Shown: one piece after another, positions 33,265 through 42,500 of the stretch
How positions within the stretch are numbered: the stretch's first letter is position 1
How the letters are laid out: every line of letters starts with the position of its first letter
DNA from: Thermodesulfobacteriota bacterium
Lineage (GTDB): Bacteria; Desulfobacterota_D; UBA1144; Nemesobacterales; UBA2774
Direction: 5' to 3'
Assembly (NCBI GenBank): GCA_963422265.1
Contig: OY729416.1
Coordinates: 151,540 to 215,539 of the forward strand
Length of the DNA: 64,000 bases
The notes under the pieces: model-generated
What the model was told of the DNA's origin: nothing
What the model saw: the letters and a program-made list of their open reading frames with translations, nothing else
Databases searched by the model: none
Program-made: the position numbers and the translations under genes

Positions 33265-33542
33265 CTAGTTTTCCAATAAAGAATTCGTTAAACCACTTCG
33301 GATGACTGAAACGGTCAACAGAACCTTTACTTAAGAACCTTTACTTATGATTAAAATTATGTGTTTCTAACAAATTAGGAAAGTTAGTTTTGTATAGCTG
33401 GTTTTTGATTGTAAAAGATATTCTAACACGTAATTGTTTACGAGTCTATCTATTTATGTAGCTTAGCTAGACACTTTCCTATCTATAACCGCTCACTTCA
33501 CGATTTGAATTTTCAATTGTTTTAATTCAACATAGTGAGTAT

Positions 33543-33950
33543 ATGAACTTTTGGCTCGTTAAATCAGAACCATTTAAGTACTCATGGGACGACCTAGTTA
33601 AAGATGGTTGGACGTATTGGGACGGGGTCAGAAACTATCAGGCGAGAAATAATCTTAAAGCTATGAAAAAAGGAGACTTTGTTCTCTATTATCACAGCAA
33701 TAAAGGCTTAGAGATTGTCGGCGTTGCTAAGGTAGCAAGAGAGTCTTACCAAGATCCCACGACTGAGGATGACAGATGGGTAGTAGTTGATTTAGAGCCA
33801 GTTCATGCCCTTGATCATCCTGTATCGTTATCACAAATAAAAAGCAATAGGCATCTTAAAGACGTTGCTCTTATAAAGCAAAGCCGCCTCTCTGTGATGC
33901 CCATCACTAAGAAGGAATATGACGTCATAATGAAAGAAGGAATGAAATGA
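33543..33950 (+). CDS. EVE (PUA-like) domain protein
   Basis: MNFWLVKSEPFKYSWDDLVKDGWTYWDGVRNYQARNNLKAMKKGDFVLYYHS is the stand-alone EVE/thymocyte-nuclear-protein-like signature. Confidence 0.85.
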   Translation: MNFWLVKSEPFKYSWDDLVKDGWTYWDGVRNYQARNNLKAMKKGDFVLYYHSNKGLEIVGVAKVARESYQDPTTEDDRWVVVDLEPVHALDHPVSLSQIKSNRHLKDVALIKQSRLSVMPITKKEYDVIMKEGMK

Positions 33951-33999
33951 AACTAGGTCACTTTGCAAAGCAAAGCCTTCAAACCGTCGTGCTTTAGAT

Positions 34000-34956
34000 A
34001 TGTCGCTATCATCCGAGGAAAACAGTCTGATAGATAGAATGCTTAGGGGGGACCGTGCGGCGCTTGCGCGTCTTATAACGTTTGCGGAGACCCGCCGTGA
34101 TTCTCTTCCCCATATTTTGAAGCTCTTAAAGGTTAAGCGGGGTGCTCGTGCCTATGTAGTTGGTCTAACTGGTCCCCCAGGAGCTGGTAAGAGCACCTTG
34201 ACTAATAGGATGATAGAGTGCTACAGGAAGTCAGGCAAGAGGATCGGCGTTATAGCGATTGATCCCTCAAGCCCATTCAGCGGCGGGGCGATTTTAGGCG
34301 ATAGGGTCCGTATGCAGGATCATTCAATGGATGATAGGGTGTTTATAAGAAGCATAAGCAGCGGTGGAGCGCACGGGGGGATTTCAAGGGCTACAAAGGA
34401 GATAATAAAGCTTTACGACGCGTTTGGCATGGATTACGTCATTATTGAAACCGTAGGCGTAGGGCAGACTGAGCTTGACGTCGTAGAGCTAGCTGATACG
34501 GTAGTAGTAGTGCTAGTTCCAGAGGCTGGGGATTCTATTCAAACAATGAAGGCGGGGCTTATGGAGATAGCCGATATCTTCGTCGTAAATAAAGCGGATA
34601 GGGATGGGGCTAAGGTTCTGTTGGCTGAGTTGATTGATACGATTTCAACAAGAGCGATCGATTCTGATTGGAAAACTCCAGTTATGCTTACGAGCGCGGC
34701 GCAGGATCAAGGCGTTGAGGTTTTAATGCGTAGCGTTGAAGCGCATCTCGAATACCAGGAAGAACGTGGCTCTCTTGAGCGAAAAAGAGAGAAAAGAAGA
34801 GAAGAAGAATTTTCACAGATAGTCCATGAGTTGCTGGAGCGAGAAATTTCTGAGAAGCTGAAGAGTGAAGAGTTCAAGAAGATTTATAATTCGGTTAAGA
34901 TGGGTGAGCGTGATCCTTATGAAGCAGCCCGCAAGTTAGTCTCAAAGATTATTTAG
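34000..34956 (+). CDS. meaB: Methylmalonyl-CoA mutase-associated G3E GTPase MeaB/ArgK
   Basis: P-loop GLTGPPGAGKST, IAIDPSSPFSGGAILGDRVRM, ETVGVGQ, and NKAD. Confidence 0.92.
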   Translation: MSLSSEENSLIDRMLRGDRAALARLITFAETRRDSLPHILKLLKVKRGARAYVVGLTGPPGAGKSTLTNRMIECYRKSGKRIGVIAIDPSSPFSGGAILGDRVRMQDHSMDDRVFIRSISSGGAHGGISRATKEIIKLYDAFGMDYVIIETVGVGQTELDVVELADTVVVVLVPEAGDSIQTMKAGLMEIADIFVVNKADRDGAKVLLAELIDTISTRAIDSDWKTPVMLTSAAQDQGVEVLMRSVEAHLEYQEERGSLERKREKRREEEFSQIVHELLEREISEKLKSEEFKKIYNSVKMGERDPYEAARKLVSKII

Positions 34957-34992
34957 GTAACAATAAGTAGGTATGTTAGTCGGTTATTTTCT

Positions 34993-35664
34993 ATGAAGGC
35001 TCTTATCGATTCTGATTCTAAGGCGGATGATAGCGAAAGATATGAGGCAATGCGCCGGAAAATGGTAGAAGATCAGATAATACGTCGGGGAATACGGAAC
35101 AATAGGGTTATTCAGGCAATGTTACAGGTTCCTAGGCACGCCTTCGCTCCACTGGAATTAAAGGAATCTTCATATAACGATAACCCTATACCTATAGATT
35201 CTGGGCAAACGATTTCACAGCCCTACATAGTAGCGCTTATGACGGAGTTGCTAAATCCGGAGCCGAGGGCGAAGATTCTCGAAATAGGAACAGGTTCTGG
35301 ATACCAGACGGCGGTTCTTAGAGAAACTGGGTGTGAATTGTGGACAATCGAGATTCTTAAGGAGTTGGCGCTCAAGGCGCAAAGTTTACTGCAGAAACTG
35401 GGTTGTGATCATATTGAGTATAAAATCGGGGACGGGTATATGGGGTGGGGTGAATATGCTCCCTACGATGGAATAATAGTAACAGCGGCTCCTAAACGTA
35501 TTCCTCACAAACTTGTGGAACAACTGAAAGAGGGCTGCAAAATGGTTATTCCTGTGGGCTACGTTAATCAGGAGCTTGTTCTGTTAGAAAAGTTGAGGGA
35601 TGAGGTAATAACCAAAAGGGTTACTTCGGTTAAGTTTGTTCCTATGACTGATGATAGAGCATAG
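34993..35664 (+). CDS. pcm: Protein-L-isoaspartate O-methyltransferase
   Basis: VPRHAF..., GQTISQPYIVALM, and the SAM motif LEIGTGSGYQTAVL. Confidence 0.93.
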   Translation: MKALIDSDSKADDSERYEAMRRKMVEDQIIRRGIRNNRVIQAMLQVPRHAFAPLELKESSYNDNPIPIDSGQTISQPYIVALMTELLNPEPRAKILEIGTGSGYQTAVLRETGCELWTIEILKELALKAQSLLQKLGCDHIEYKIGDGYMGWGEYAPYDGIIVTAAPKRIPHKLVEQLKEGCKMVIPVGYVNQELVLLEKLRDEVITKRVTSVKFVPMTDDRA

Positions 35665-35741
35665 TCCACCTATAAATCCGTCAGGCTTTTATAAGGGCGA
35701 CTTATAGTCTATATTAAACTGCAACGTCAATTCACGCTTAA

Positions 35742-37259
35742 ATGAGTTTTATGCCTAACCTAATACTGATAAACGTAACTTATAATGAGACCAGAGTCGC
35801 CGTGATGGAGAATGGGTCAGTCGCAGAGCTTTATATTGAGAGAAAATCTACGCCAAGGATGGTCGGGAACGTTTATCAAGGGGTAGTAACTAAGGTTATG
35901 CCGGGAATGCAGGCTGCTTTCGTTGATATAGGACGTGGAAAATCCGGGTTTATATCTGTGGAAGACGTGCGGGAAGAATCTATTTATGAGTTCTTCTTTG
36001 ATGAAGAAGGGACGACGTTGCCGAGTCCCATCGGGGAACGGAATGGTGGAAAGGATCACAGCCTAATTCAGGACGTGTTAAAGGAGGGGCGTCGCGTCAT
36101 TGTTCAGGCGCTAAAAGAACCCGTTGGAGGGAAGGGGTCAAAGCTCTCATCCTATATAGCCATTCCGGGCAAATATCTAGTGTTGCTTGGAAACGTGGAT
36201 ATGGTGGGCGTATCGAGGAAGATCGAGGAAGTTGAAGAAAGAGAACGTCTCAAAACGTCTATAAAAGGGGTCAAGCCTAAAGGCATGGGGCTCATCGCTA
36301 GAACGGTTAGCGTGGGAGTATCTGAAGAAGAGCTTAACAAGGATATGAGCATGCTTATTCAAATCTGGAATGATATCAAAAAGAAGAGTAATGGACAAAG
36401 GGGGACGGCGTTACTTTACAAAGAGCCTAAGCTTTATATAAAGGCGGTGAGGGACTTTGTCTCAAAGGATACAAGCGCCGTTCTGGTGGACTCAGAGGTC
36501 GTCTATGGGGAGATTACGGATTATTTGAGTCATGCTTCTCCCAATTCCAGTGGCGTAAATGTCGAACTGTATAAGAAAACCAAACCTATTTTTTCTGAGT
36601 TCGGCGTTGAGGACGAGATAAAAAGGGTTTTTCAAAAGAAAGTATGGTTAAAATCGGGCGGTTATATAATTATAGAAGAGGCGGAGGGGTTAACGGTAGT
36701 GGACGTTAATACGGGCAGGTATGATAGCGGCAAGAATCAGGAGGAGACTATTTATCATATTAACGTTGAGGCTGCTTCAGAGATTGTCAGGCAAATAAGG
36801 CTTAGGAACCTTGTAGGCATTGTGGTGATAGATTTTATTGACGTAAGGAGCAAGGAGCTCAGGGATAGTATTTACGAGGCGTTTGTCGAAGCCTTGAAAA
36901 AGGACAGGGCTAAGTCAGTAGTGCTTGAGATGTCGCCTTATGGAGTCATTCAGTTGACGCGTCAGCGGTTGAGAGAAAGCCTTTTATCGGAACTCGCTGA
37001 ACCTTGCTATCTTTGCAAAGGGGCTGGGTATCTGAAATCTAGGCACACGGTAGCTTATGAGATTATTAGAGACGTTAAAGCGCATTTGGCGGATTCTTCC
37101 GTCCAAAAGCTAACTATACACGCAACCCCAACCGTGCTTAAAGCTATAAGAGAGCCTGAGCAAGATAACGTGGAGAGGCTTGAGCAGGAGCACAAAATTC
37201 AGATTGCCTATAAAGAAATGGATTCAAGGATTGAAAAATATCAGATAGTTACGGAGTAG
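35742..37259 (+). CDS. rng: Ribonuclease G/E family endoribonuclease (Rng/CafA-like)
   Basis: An S1 domain (GNVYQGVVTKVMPGMQAAFVDIG), then the RNase E/G catalytic core (IIEEAEGLTVVDVNTG, VIDFIDV). At 505 aa it has no long RNase E tail. Confidence 0.9.
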   Translation: MSFMPNLILINVTYNETRVAVMENGSVAELYIERKSTPRMVGNVYQGVVTKVMPGMQAAFVDIGRGKSGFISVEDVREESIYEFFFDEEGTTLPSPIGERNGGKDHSLIQDVLKEGRRVIVQALKEPVGGKGSKLSSYIAIPGKYLVLLGNVDMVGVSRKIEEVEERERLKTSIKGVKPKGMGLIARTVSVGVSEEELNKDMSMLIQIWNDIKKKSNGQRGTALLYKEPKLYIKAVRDFVSKDTSAVLVDSEVVYGEITDYLSHASPNSSGVNVELYKKTKPIFSEFGVEDEIKRVFQKKVWLKSGGYIIIEEAEGLTVVDVNTGRYDSGKNQEETIYHINVEAASEIVRQIRLRNLVGIVVIDFIDVRSKELRDSIYEAFVEALKKDRAKSVVLEMSPYGVIQLTRQRLRESLLSELAEPCYLCKGAGYLKSRHTVAYEIIRDVKAHLADSSVQKLTIHATPTVLKAIREPEQDNVERLEQEHKIQIAYKEMDSRIEKYQIVTE

Positions 37260-37315
37260 CTTACGCAAGGGAGGGCTATATCCCCCCCCTAATTCGTCAA
37301 GCGAGATAATTCATA

Positions 37316-37756
37316 ATGAGTCGGGAGTCCCTAGAAGTTTTATATCACGTCGCAATTGCGGTTAACAACATAGAAGAAGTTGAAAAAACCTATGAGGCTG
37401 CGCTTGGATTAGAGGTTCAACATCGAGAAACTATAGAGGATCAGGGCGTTAAAACGTCTATGCTATTGCCCAAGAAAGGCGGGACCGCAATTGAGCTTCT
37501 TGAACCTCTAAATGAGAATTCGCCTATATCAAAATTTTTGCGTAAGCGGGGTGAAGGCATACACCATATTTGTTTTCTTGTAACCGACGTCAAAGCTGCG
37601 CTTGAAAGACTCAAGAATAAAGGGGTTAGGTTAATAGATGAGGAGCCTCGTAAGGGAGCTTATAGTTCCAAGGTCGCCTTTATTCATCCGAAAGATACAA
37701 ACGGCGTTCTGATAGAACTTGCCGAGCGGAACTCTGAAGCGCTCCCTGGCAGCTAA
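37316..37756 (+). CDS. mce: Methylmalonyl-CoA epimerase (VOC/glyoxalase fold)
   Basis: HVAIAVNNIEE...GEGIHHICFLVTD...IHPKDTNGVLIEL. 146 aa. Confidence 0.85.
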   Translation: MSRESLEVLYHVAIAVNNIEEVEKTYEAALGLEVQHRETIEDQGVKTSMLLPKKGGTAIELLEPLNENSPISKFLRKRGEGIHHICFLVTDVKAALERLKNKGVRLIDEEPRKGAYSSKVAFIHPKDTNGVLIELAERNSEALPGS

Positions 37757-37789
37757 ACGCTTAGGGGGGCAACCCTTTTCTGCTTAAAT

Positions 37790-38260
37790 TTGTCCCCGCC
37801 TTCGATCGAAATGACGGTGGAAATAGTCATTTACTCCTCATTCTCGACTTGATTAGAGGCCTAGCCTTGTAGGCGCGTGGGGAGTGAATTCCATTCTCCG
37901 TCATTCCTGTCCTCGAGTGAGAATCCGAAAGGTGAAACAGGGAACGAGGATATTCCTTACATGTATTTCCCCTTTAGGAAAGGGGGGTATGGGGGGATTT
38001 GTTCTTTAATCCTTTATATTCACAGCCCATCATTTCATCCCAAAAATCTATGTTCCTGCCTCCTAGCAGGGAACAGTTCAGGCTTTCTTTTCCCCTCTCC
38101 TAGAGGGAGAGGGATGCAGGGTGAGGGTGCTTTTGTCATTCCCGCCCCCGAGTGGGAATCCAGAAAGGGGATCGGGGGACGAGTATCCCTTCCTTATTTC
38201 CCATCCCATTCCTTACTAGATTCCTGCTTCAGTAGGAATGACGAAAGGGAAACGCGGAGT
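37790..38260. repeat. Hairpin-rich intergenic mosaic containing three GTCATTCC..GGAAT-type palindromic units plus other short palindromes
   Basis: Units at 37900-37926, 38135-38161 and 38219-38242 (inverted). Other hairpins are CCCCTTT-AGG-AAAGGGG (37969-37985), GTTCCTGC..GCAGGGAAC (38052-38074), and CCCTCTCC-TAGAG-GGAGAGGG (38093-38113). Related copies occur at 57.8 and 61.2 kb. Confidence 0.85.
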
Positions 38261-38634
38261 TTTTCTAAAACCCAAATCTTTCTCTTTGTCCATCTTCCCC
38301 AAGATGGATTGAGCAAAATATAGTTCCCGTTGAATTTATTACCCTCAGCTCTGAGCAGAATCTTTATCTTATTTTTAGTTTCTAACTGAAACTGCCCTTC
38401 ATCCCAGATTGTATAGTCGCCTTCATTGTTGATGCTATTACTTATAATATCTGTTTCTTTATCCCGGCAGGCATTACTTTGTTGAACGGCAAGCCTTCTT
38501 TGACCCGTTAGCTCTGGAATCCCATTGTATATATTCCATGACCTTGTTTGATTCTCAGGGTAGTGGAGCATTAGGCTATAGTAAAAACAGGGTGTGTTAT
38601 GCTTTCGCACCTCAAACCTAAAGGTTTCTCTCAT
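38194..38634 (-). CDS. LigD 3'-phosphoesterase (PE) domain-like protein, apparently degenerate
   Basis: FRFEVRKH..YYSLMLH...RSWNIYNGIPELTGQRRLAVQ...GDYTIWDEGQF...ILLRAEGNKFNGNYILL aligns by eye to the LigD PE pattern (F.iqKH.a..lHYDfRLE...kSWAvPkGPs.dp..kRLAv.vEDH...G.v.vWD.G.w...l.f.l.G.kl.G.w.L). The 3' third of the ORF runs into the repeat mosaic, and the start overlaps the coaX stop by 17 nt. Confidence 0.4.
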   Translation of the reverse strand: MRETFRFEVRKHNTPCFYYSLMLHYPENQTRSWNIYNGIPELTGQRRLAVQQSNACRDKETDIISNSINNEGDYTIWDEGQFQLETKNKIKILLRAEGNKFNGNYILLNPSWGRWTKRKIWVLEKLRVSLSSFLLKQESSKEWDGK

Positions 38635-39391
38635 GTATAAGCCTTAATCCTCTTAGGGTCAAAAACTCGTCCGCGCATTCAATCGTCTTACTTTCGGATG
38701 CAATGAATTTTGCAATACCCCCAGTGGAGATGACGCCAGCGACTGAACCCATTTCAGTTTTGATTTTCTCTACTATGCTATCGACCAAGCCTGCGTATCC
38801 GTGCACTAATCCAGATTGAATGCTTTCAACTGTGCTCTTTCCTATTACGTTTGGCGGTTTGCGAATTTCCACTCTTGGCAAATTAGACGCTTCCTGATAT
38901 AAGGCTTCTGCTGAAATTATGAGCCCGGGTGTGATTACGCCCCCTAGGTATTCCCCTTTCTCTGATATACAGTCAAACGTTGTGGCGGTGCCAAAATCTA
39001 CTACTATTACTCCCCCCCCTTTTCCTCTTTGTCTCTCAAATGCAGCGACGCCGTTTACGATCCTGTCAGCTCCTACTTCCTTGGGATTGTGGTATAGAAC
39101 GGGCATGCCCGTTTTAACGCCGGGAGCAATGATTAGGGGACGGGCATAGAAATAATTTTCTATTGCCTCTGAAATAGTGGCGAGCATTGTAGGAACCACG
39201 CATGAAACGGCTGCTCCTTCTACGGATTTAACGTCAATCTCTTTGTTATTGAGTAAGTGCCTAAACAAAATGCCAAATTCATCAGAAGTCTTGGATTTAT
39301 CCGTCCCTATTCTCCAGTGAGACTTAATATCTTCGCCTTCAAACAAGCCGAAAACAATGTTAGTATTTCCGATATCTACGGCTAACAGCAT
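38618..39391 (-). CDS. coaX: Type III pantothenate kinase
   Basis: MLLAVDIGNTNIVFGLF..., DFGTATTFD, and GGIA. The ATG at 39391 is directly preceded by GGGGAGGGAG. The tracked ORF extends to 39445, which I think is too long. Confidence 0.92.
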   Translation of the reverse strand: MLLAVDIGNTNIVFGLFEGEDIKSHWRIGTDKSKTSDEFGILFRHLLNNKEIDVKSVEGAAVSCVVPTMLATISEAIENYFYARPLIIAPGVKTGMPVLYHNPKEVGADRIVNGVAAFERQRGKGGGVIVVDFGTATTFDCISEKGEYLGGVITPGLIISAEALYQEASNLPRVEIRKPPNVIGKSTVESIQSGLVHGYAGLVDSIVEKIKTEMGSVAGVISTGGIAKFIASESKTIECADEFLTLRGLRLIHERNL

Positions 39392-39572
39392 GCTCCCTCC
39401 CCTTTTTGTATTATGCGCTTTAATTAGATAAGATGAGTTCCACAAGCCCTTCAGCCTTAATGCTTAGTGACCTTGATAAACTGACGCGAAGTTAGCTGAT
39501 CTTACCTAAATATCTCTCCCTTCTCAATGTTCGTTCACTTGGCTGTGAGTATGAGAAAAGGATGGAATAATA

Positions 39573-42500
39573 ATGGGAAACTTCATAACGAACAACGCAA
39601 CCAAGAGCCTCAAAAGGCGTTTGGTTGAGCTTATTGAAAAAAGTGAAGAGTTAAAGTTTCTAGTAGGTTTTTTCTACTTTTCAGGTATTGAGGAACTTCA
39701 CAATGGAATAAAATCAAAACCTGAAGCCGTAATGAAGGTTCTTGTCGGCTTAAACGTTGACCATTCAAACTTTGGGTTGATTGAGTTTGCAGAGGATGGA
39801 AAAACATCGGATCAAGAGAAGATTGATAAGTTTTGTGAATCCGTTAAAAAATCCCTGGATACGGACGATTTTGACGTTAGGGAATTTTACGAGCAGGTCA
39901 GATTTTTTATTGATCTGATTCGTGAAGACAGGTTAATAATTCGTAAAACCTTTAAGCCCAACCATGCCAAACTATACATATTCAAGCTTGATCAAAGTCA
40001 GGTCGGCAGGCGTAGCCTCTTTGTAACCGGTAGCAGTAATCTGACAAGATCCGGACTTTCTATGCAGGATGAATTCAACGTAGAAATTGGCGACTACGGC
40101 TTTGAAGACGCCGAGAGCTATTTCGATGATCTATGGGACAGGGCTGTCAAAATAACGGAATACGAAGATACTAAAAAGAAACTGATTAAAATTGTTGAAC
40201 AAGAGACACTGGTTAAGGAGGTTACCCCATTTGAGGCGTTTTGTCTTGTGTTAAAGACCTATTTAGATTCATTCAAACAAAAAGATATTGGCGGATTACT
40301 CATAGAGATATTAGAGAAAAATGGATATAAGGAGTATAGATATCAGCTTGACGCCGTAGAGCAAGCGCTAGCTATAATTGAAAGCAATAACGGCGTAATA
40401 GTAGCCGACGTCGTTGGTCTTGGTAAAAGCGTTGTTGCCTGCGCAATTGCTAAGCATCTGAAGAAACGCGGCGTAATTATATGTCCTCCCGGACTTATTG
40501 GGGATGCAAGCAGAGATAGTGGTTGGAAGAAATACGTTGAAGACTTTCGTCTTTACGAGTGGGAAGTTCGCTCGCTTGGCGATCTGGAAAACACTTTAGA
40601 ATTTGTTAAAAAAGCCAAAGATATTGAAGTTGTCATCGTTGATGAGGCGCACCGTTTTAGAAATCAGGATACGAAGGGATATGAGCTTCTCAAAAATATC
40701 TGTCGTGAGAAGCAGGTTATATTACTAACGGCTACTCCATTTAACAATAGGCCAGGAGACATTCTTTCACTTCTAAAACTTTTTATAAATCCTAAAAAAT
40801 CTTCTATTACTTTAGACGGCAATCTGGTTAATCAATTTAGAGTATTTAAGGAGATTTTTGATAGGATTGCCTACATAAAAAAACACTGCAATTCCCCTGA
40901 CTCTTCTAAAAGAAAGAAAGCGGAAAACTACTATAAGTCTTTATTTGAAGAAGAAGCGGTGAATCTAAATAAAGTAGCGCGGCGCGCTCGTTATTTGTCA
41001 AAGCAAATTAGGGATGTAATTGAGCCTGTTACCATAAGGCGCAACCGCTTAGATTTGCGGAATAACCCTCTTTATAAAAATGAAGTAGAAAAATTCTCGA
41101 AGGTGGCTGACCCTATAGAATGGTTTTTTGAACTGAGTAGTGAGCAGTCGGAGTTTTACTCAAGAATAATTGAACATTATTTTGGGGATCCGGAGGGTGG
41201 CAGGCGATTCAAAGGGGCGATTTATCGACCATTTGAATATGAGATAGACGTTGAAAAAGATATAGGCGAAGGTAATAACCGGCAATTACAGCAACAGCGC
41301 AACTTATTTGATTTTATGCGACGGTTGCTTGTAAAGCGTTTTGAGAGTTCCTTTGGTTCGTTTAAGCAGAGTATCAAAAACTTTAAGAAAATTACAGAGA
41401 GCTGTAAGAAATTCATTGATAAAACAGGTGAGTATATTCTTGACCGCGCCCTTTTGGAAAAAATCTATGAATTAGACCTTGAGGAGATTGAAGAACGCCT
41501 GCTTGATTATGAAGAAAAAATAAACAGGGACGAATATCCGAAAAATCATAAACGCTATAAGTTAAAGAATTTTAAGCGTAGGGATGAGTTTATATCTGAT
41601 TTAGAGTCCGATCTTGACTTATTTGATGAAATTCTAAAAATGCTCTCAACGCTGGATTTAGTCCAAAGCGACCCCAAGATGTCTTGCCTAATACAGAATA
41701 TAAAAAGAGAGCTAAAGAAAAAGCCGAAGGCAGGAGAACCAAAGCGGAAAATTATCATTTTCTCTGAATACGTTGATACGGTGCGTTATTTGAGTAAGGC
41801 GATTAAGGAGGAATTTGGAAGCAGGACGCTAGTAGTAGATGGACCCTTGTTTAATTCAGGGATCAAGCAAATAAATGAAAACTTCGACGCGTCTTATCCT
41901 AAGCAAAAGGAAGATTATGATATCCTACTTAGCTCCGATAAAATTTCTGAGGGCTTTAATCTCAACCGTGCTGGTATGGTGATTAACTACGATATTCCAT
42001 GGAATCCCGTCCGGGTCATCCAGAGATTGGGAAGAATTAATCGTATCAGCAAAAGAGTGTTTGATGAGCTTTTCATCATCAACTTTTTCCCAACCGAAAG
42101 AGGGGCTAAGCACGTGCGATCTCGTGAAATAGCTACCGATAAGATGCTTCTAATTCATGCCGCGCTTGGAGAAGATTCCAAGATTTTTGATATTGACGAG
42201 GAGCCTTCCCCATCTGGCTTGTTTAACAGAATTCAGCAAAATCCAGATAGTAGGGAAGAGGAAAGTTTCTATACTAAAGCTCTCAGAAGGTTTTTGAAGA
42301 TTAAGGACAATCATCCAGAATTGATTAAAAATCTAGATGGCTATCCGCCACGAATTAAGGTAGCCAAAAAACATAGTGAAAATGAGCTTTTGGTTTTCTT
42401 TAAGAAGGTCCGCTTATACGTAACGGCTGCTAGTACCGACGTAGAAAACCTTAAACCGTATTATATGGATTTTGAAGATGCGTTTGACAAGATTGTCTGC

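Noticed and set aside
33543-33950. The EVE-domain protein as part of a modification-dependent defence system linked to the methylase cassette.
   Set aside because: It is a stand-alone 135-aa EVE protein of the widely conserved housekeeping type. It lies 5.6 kb and six unrelated genes away from the cassette and has no fused nuclease.
37877-38323. 148-aa + strand ORF (MGSEFHSPSFLSS...).
   Set aside because: It is read entirely through the palindromic repeat mosaic. Its peptide strings such as VIPAPEWESRKG and LPSPRGRGMQGEG are the typical translation of such repeats. It has no Shine-Dalgarno and overlaps the more plausible minus-strand ORF.
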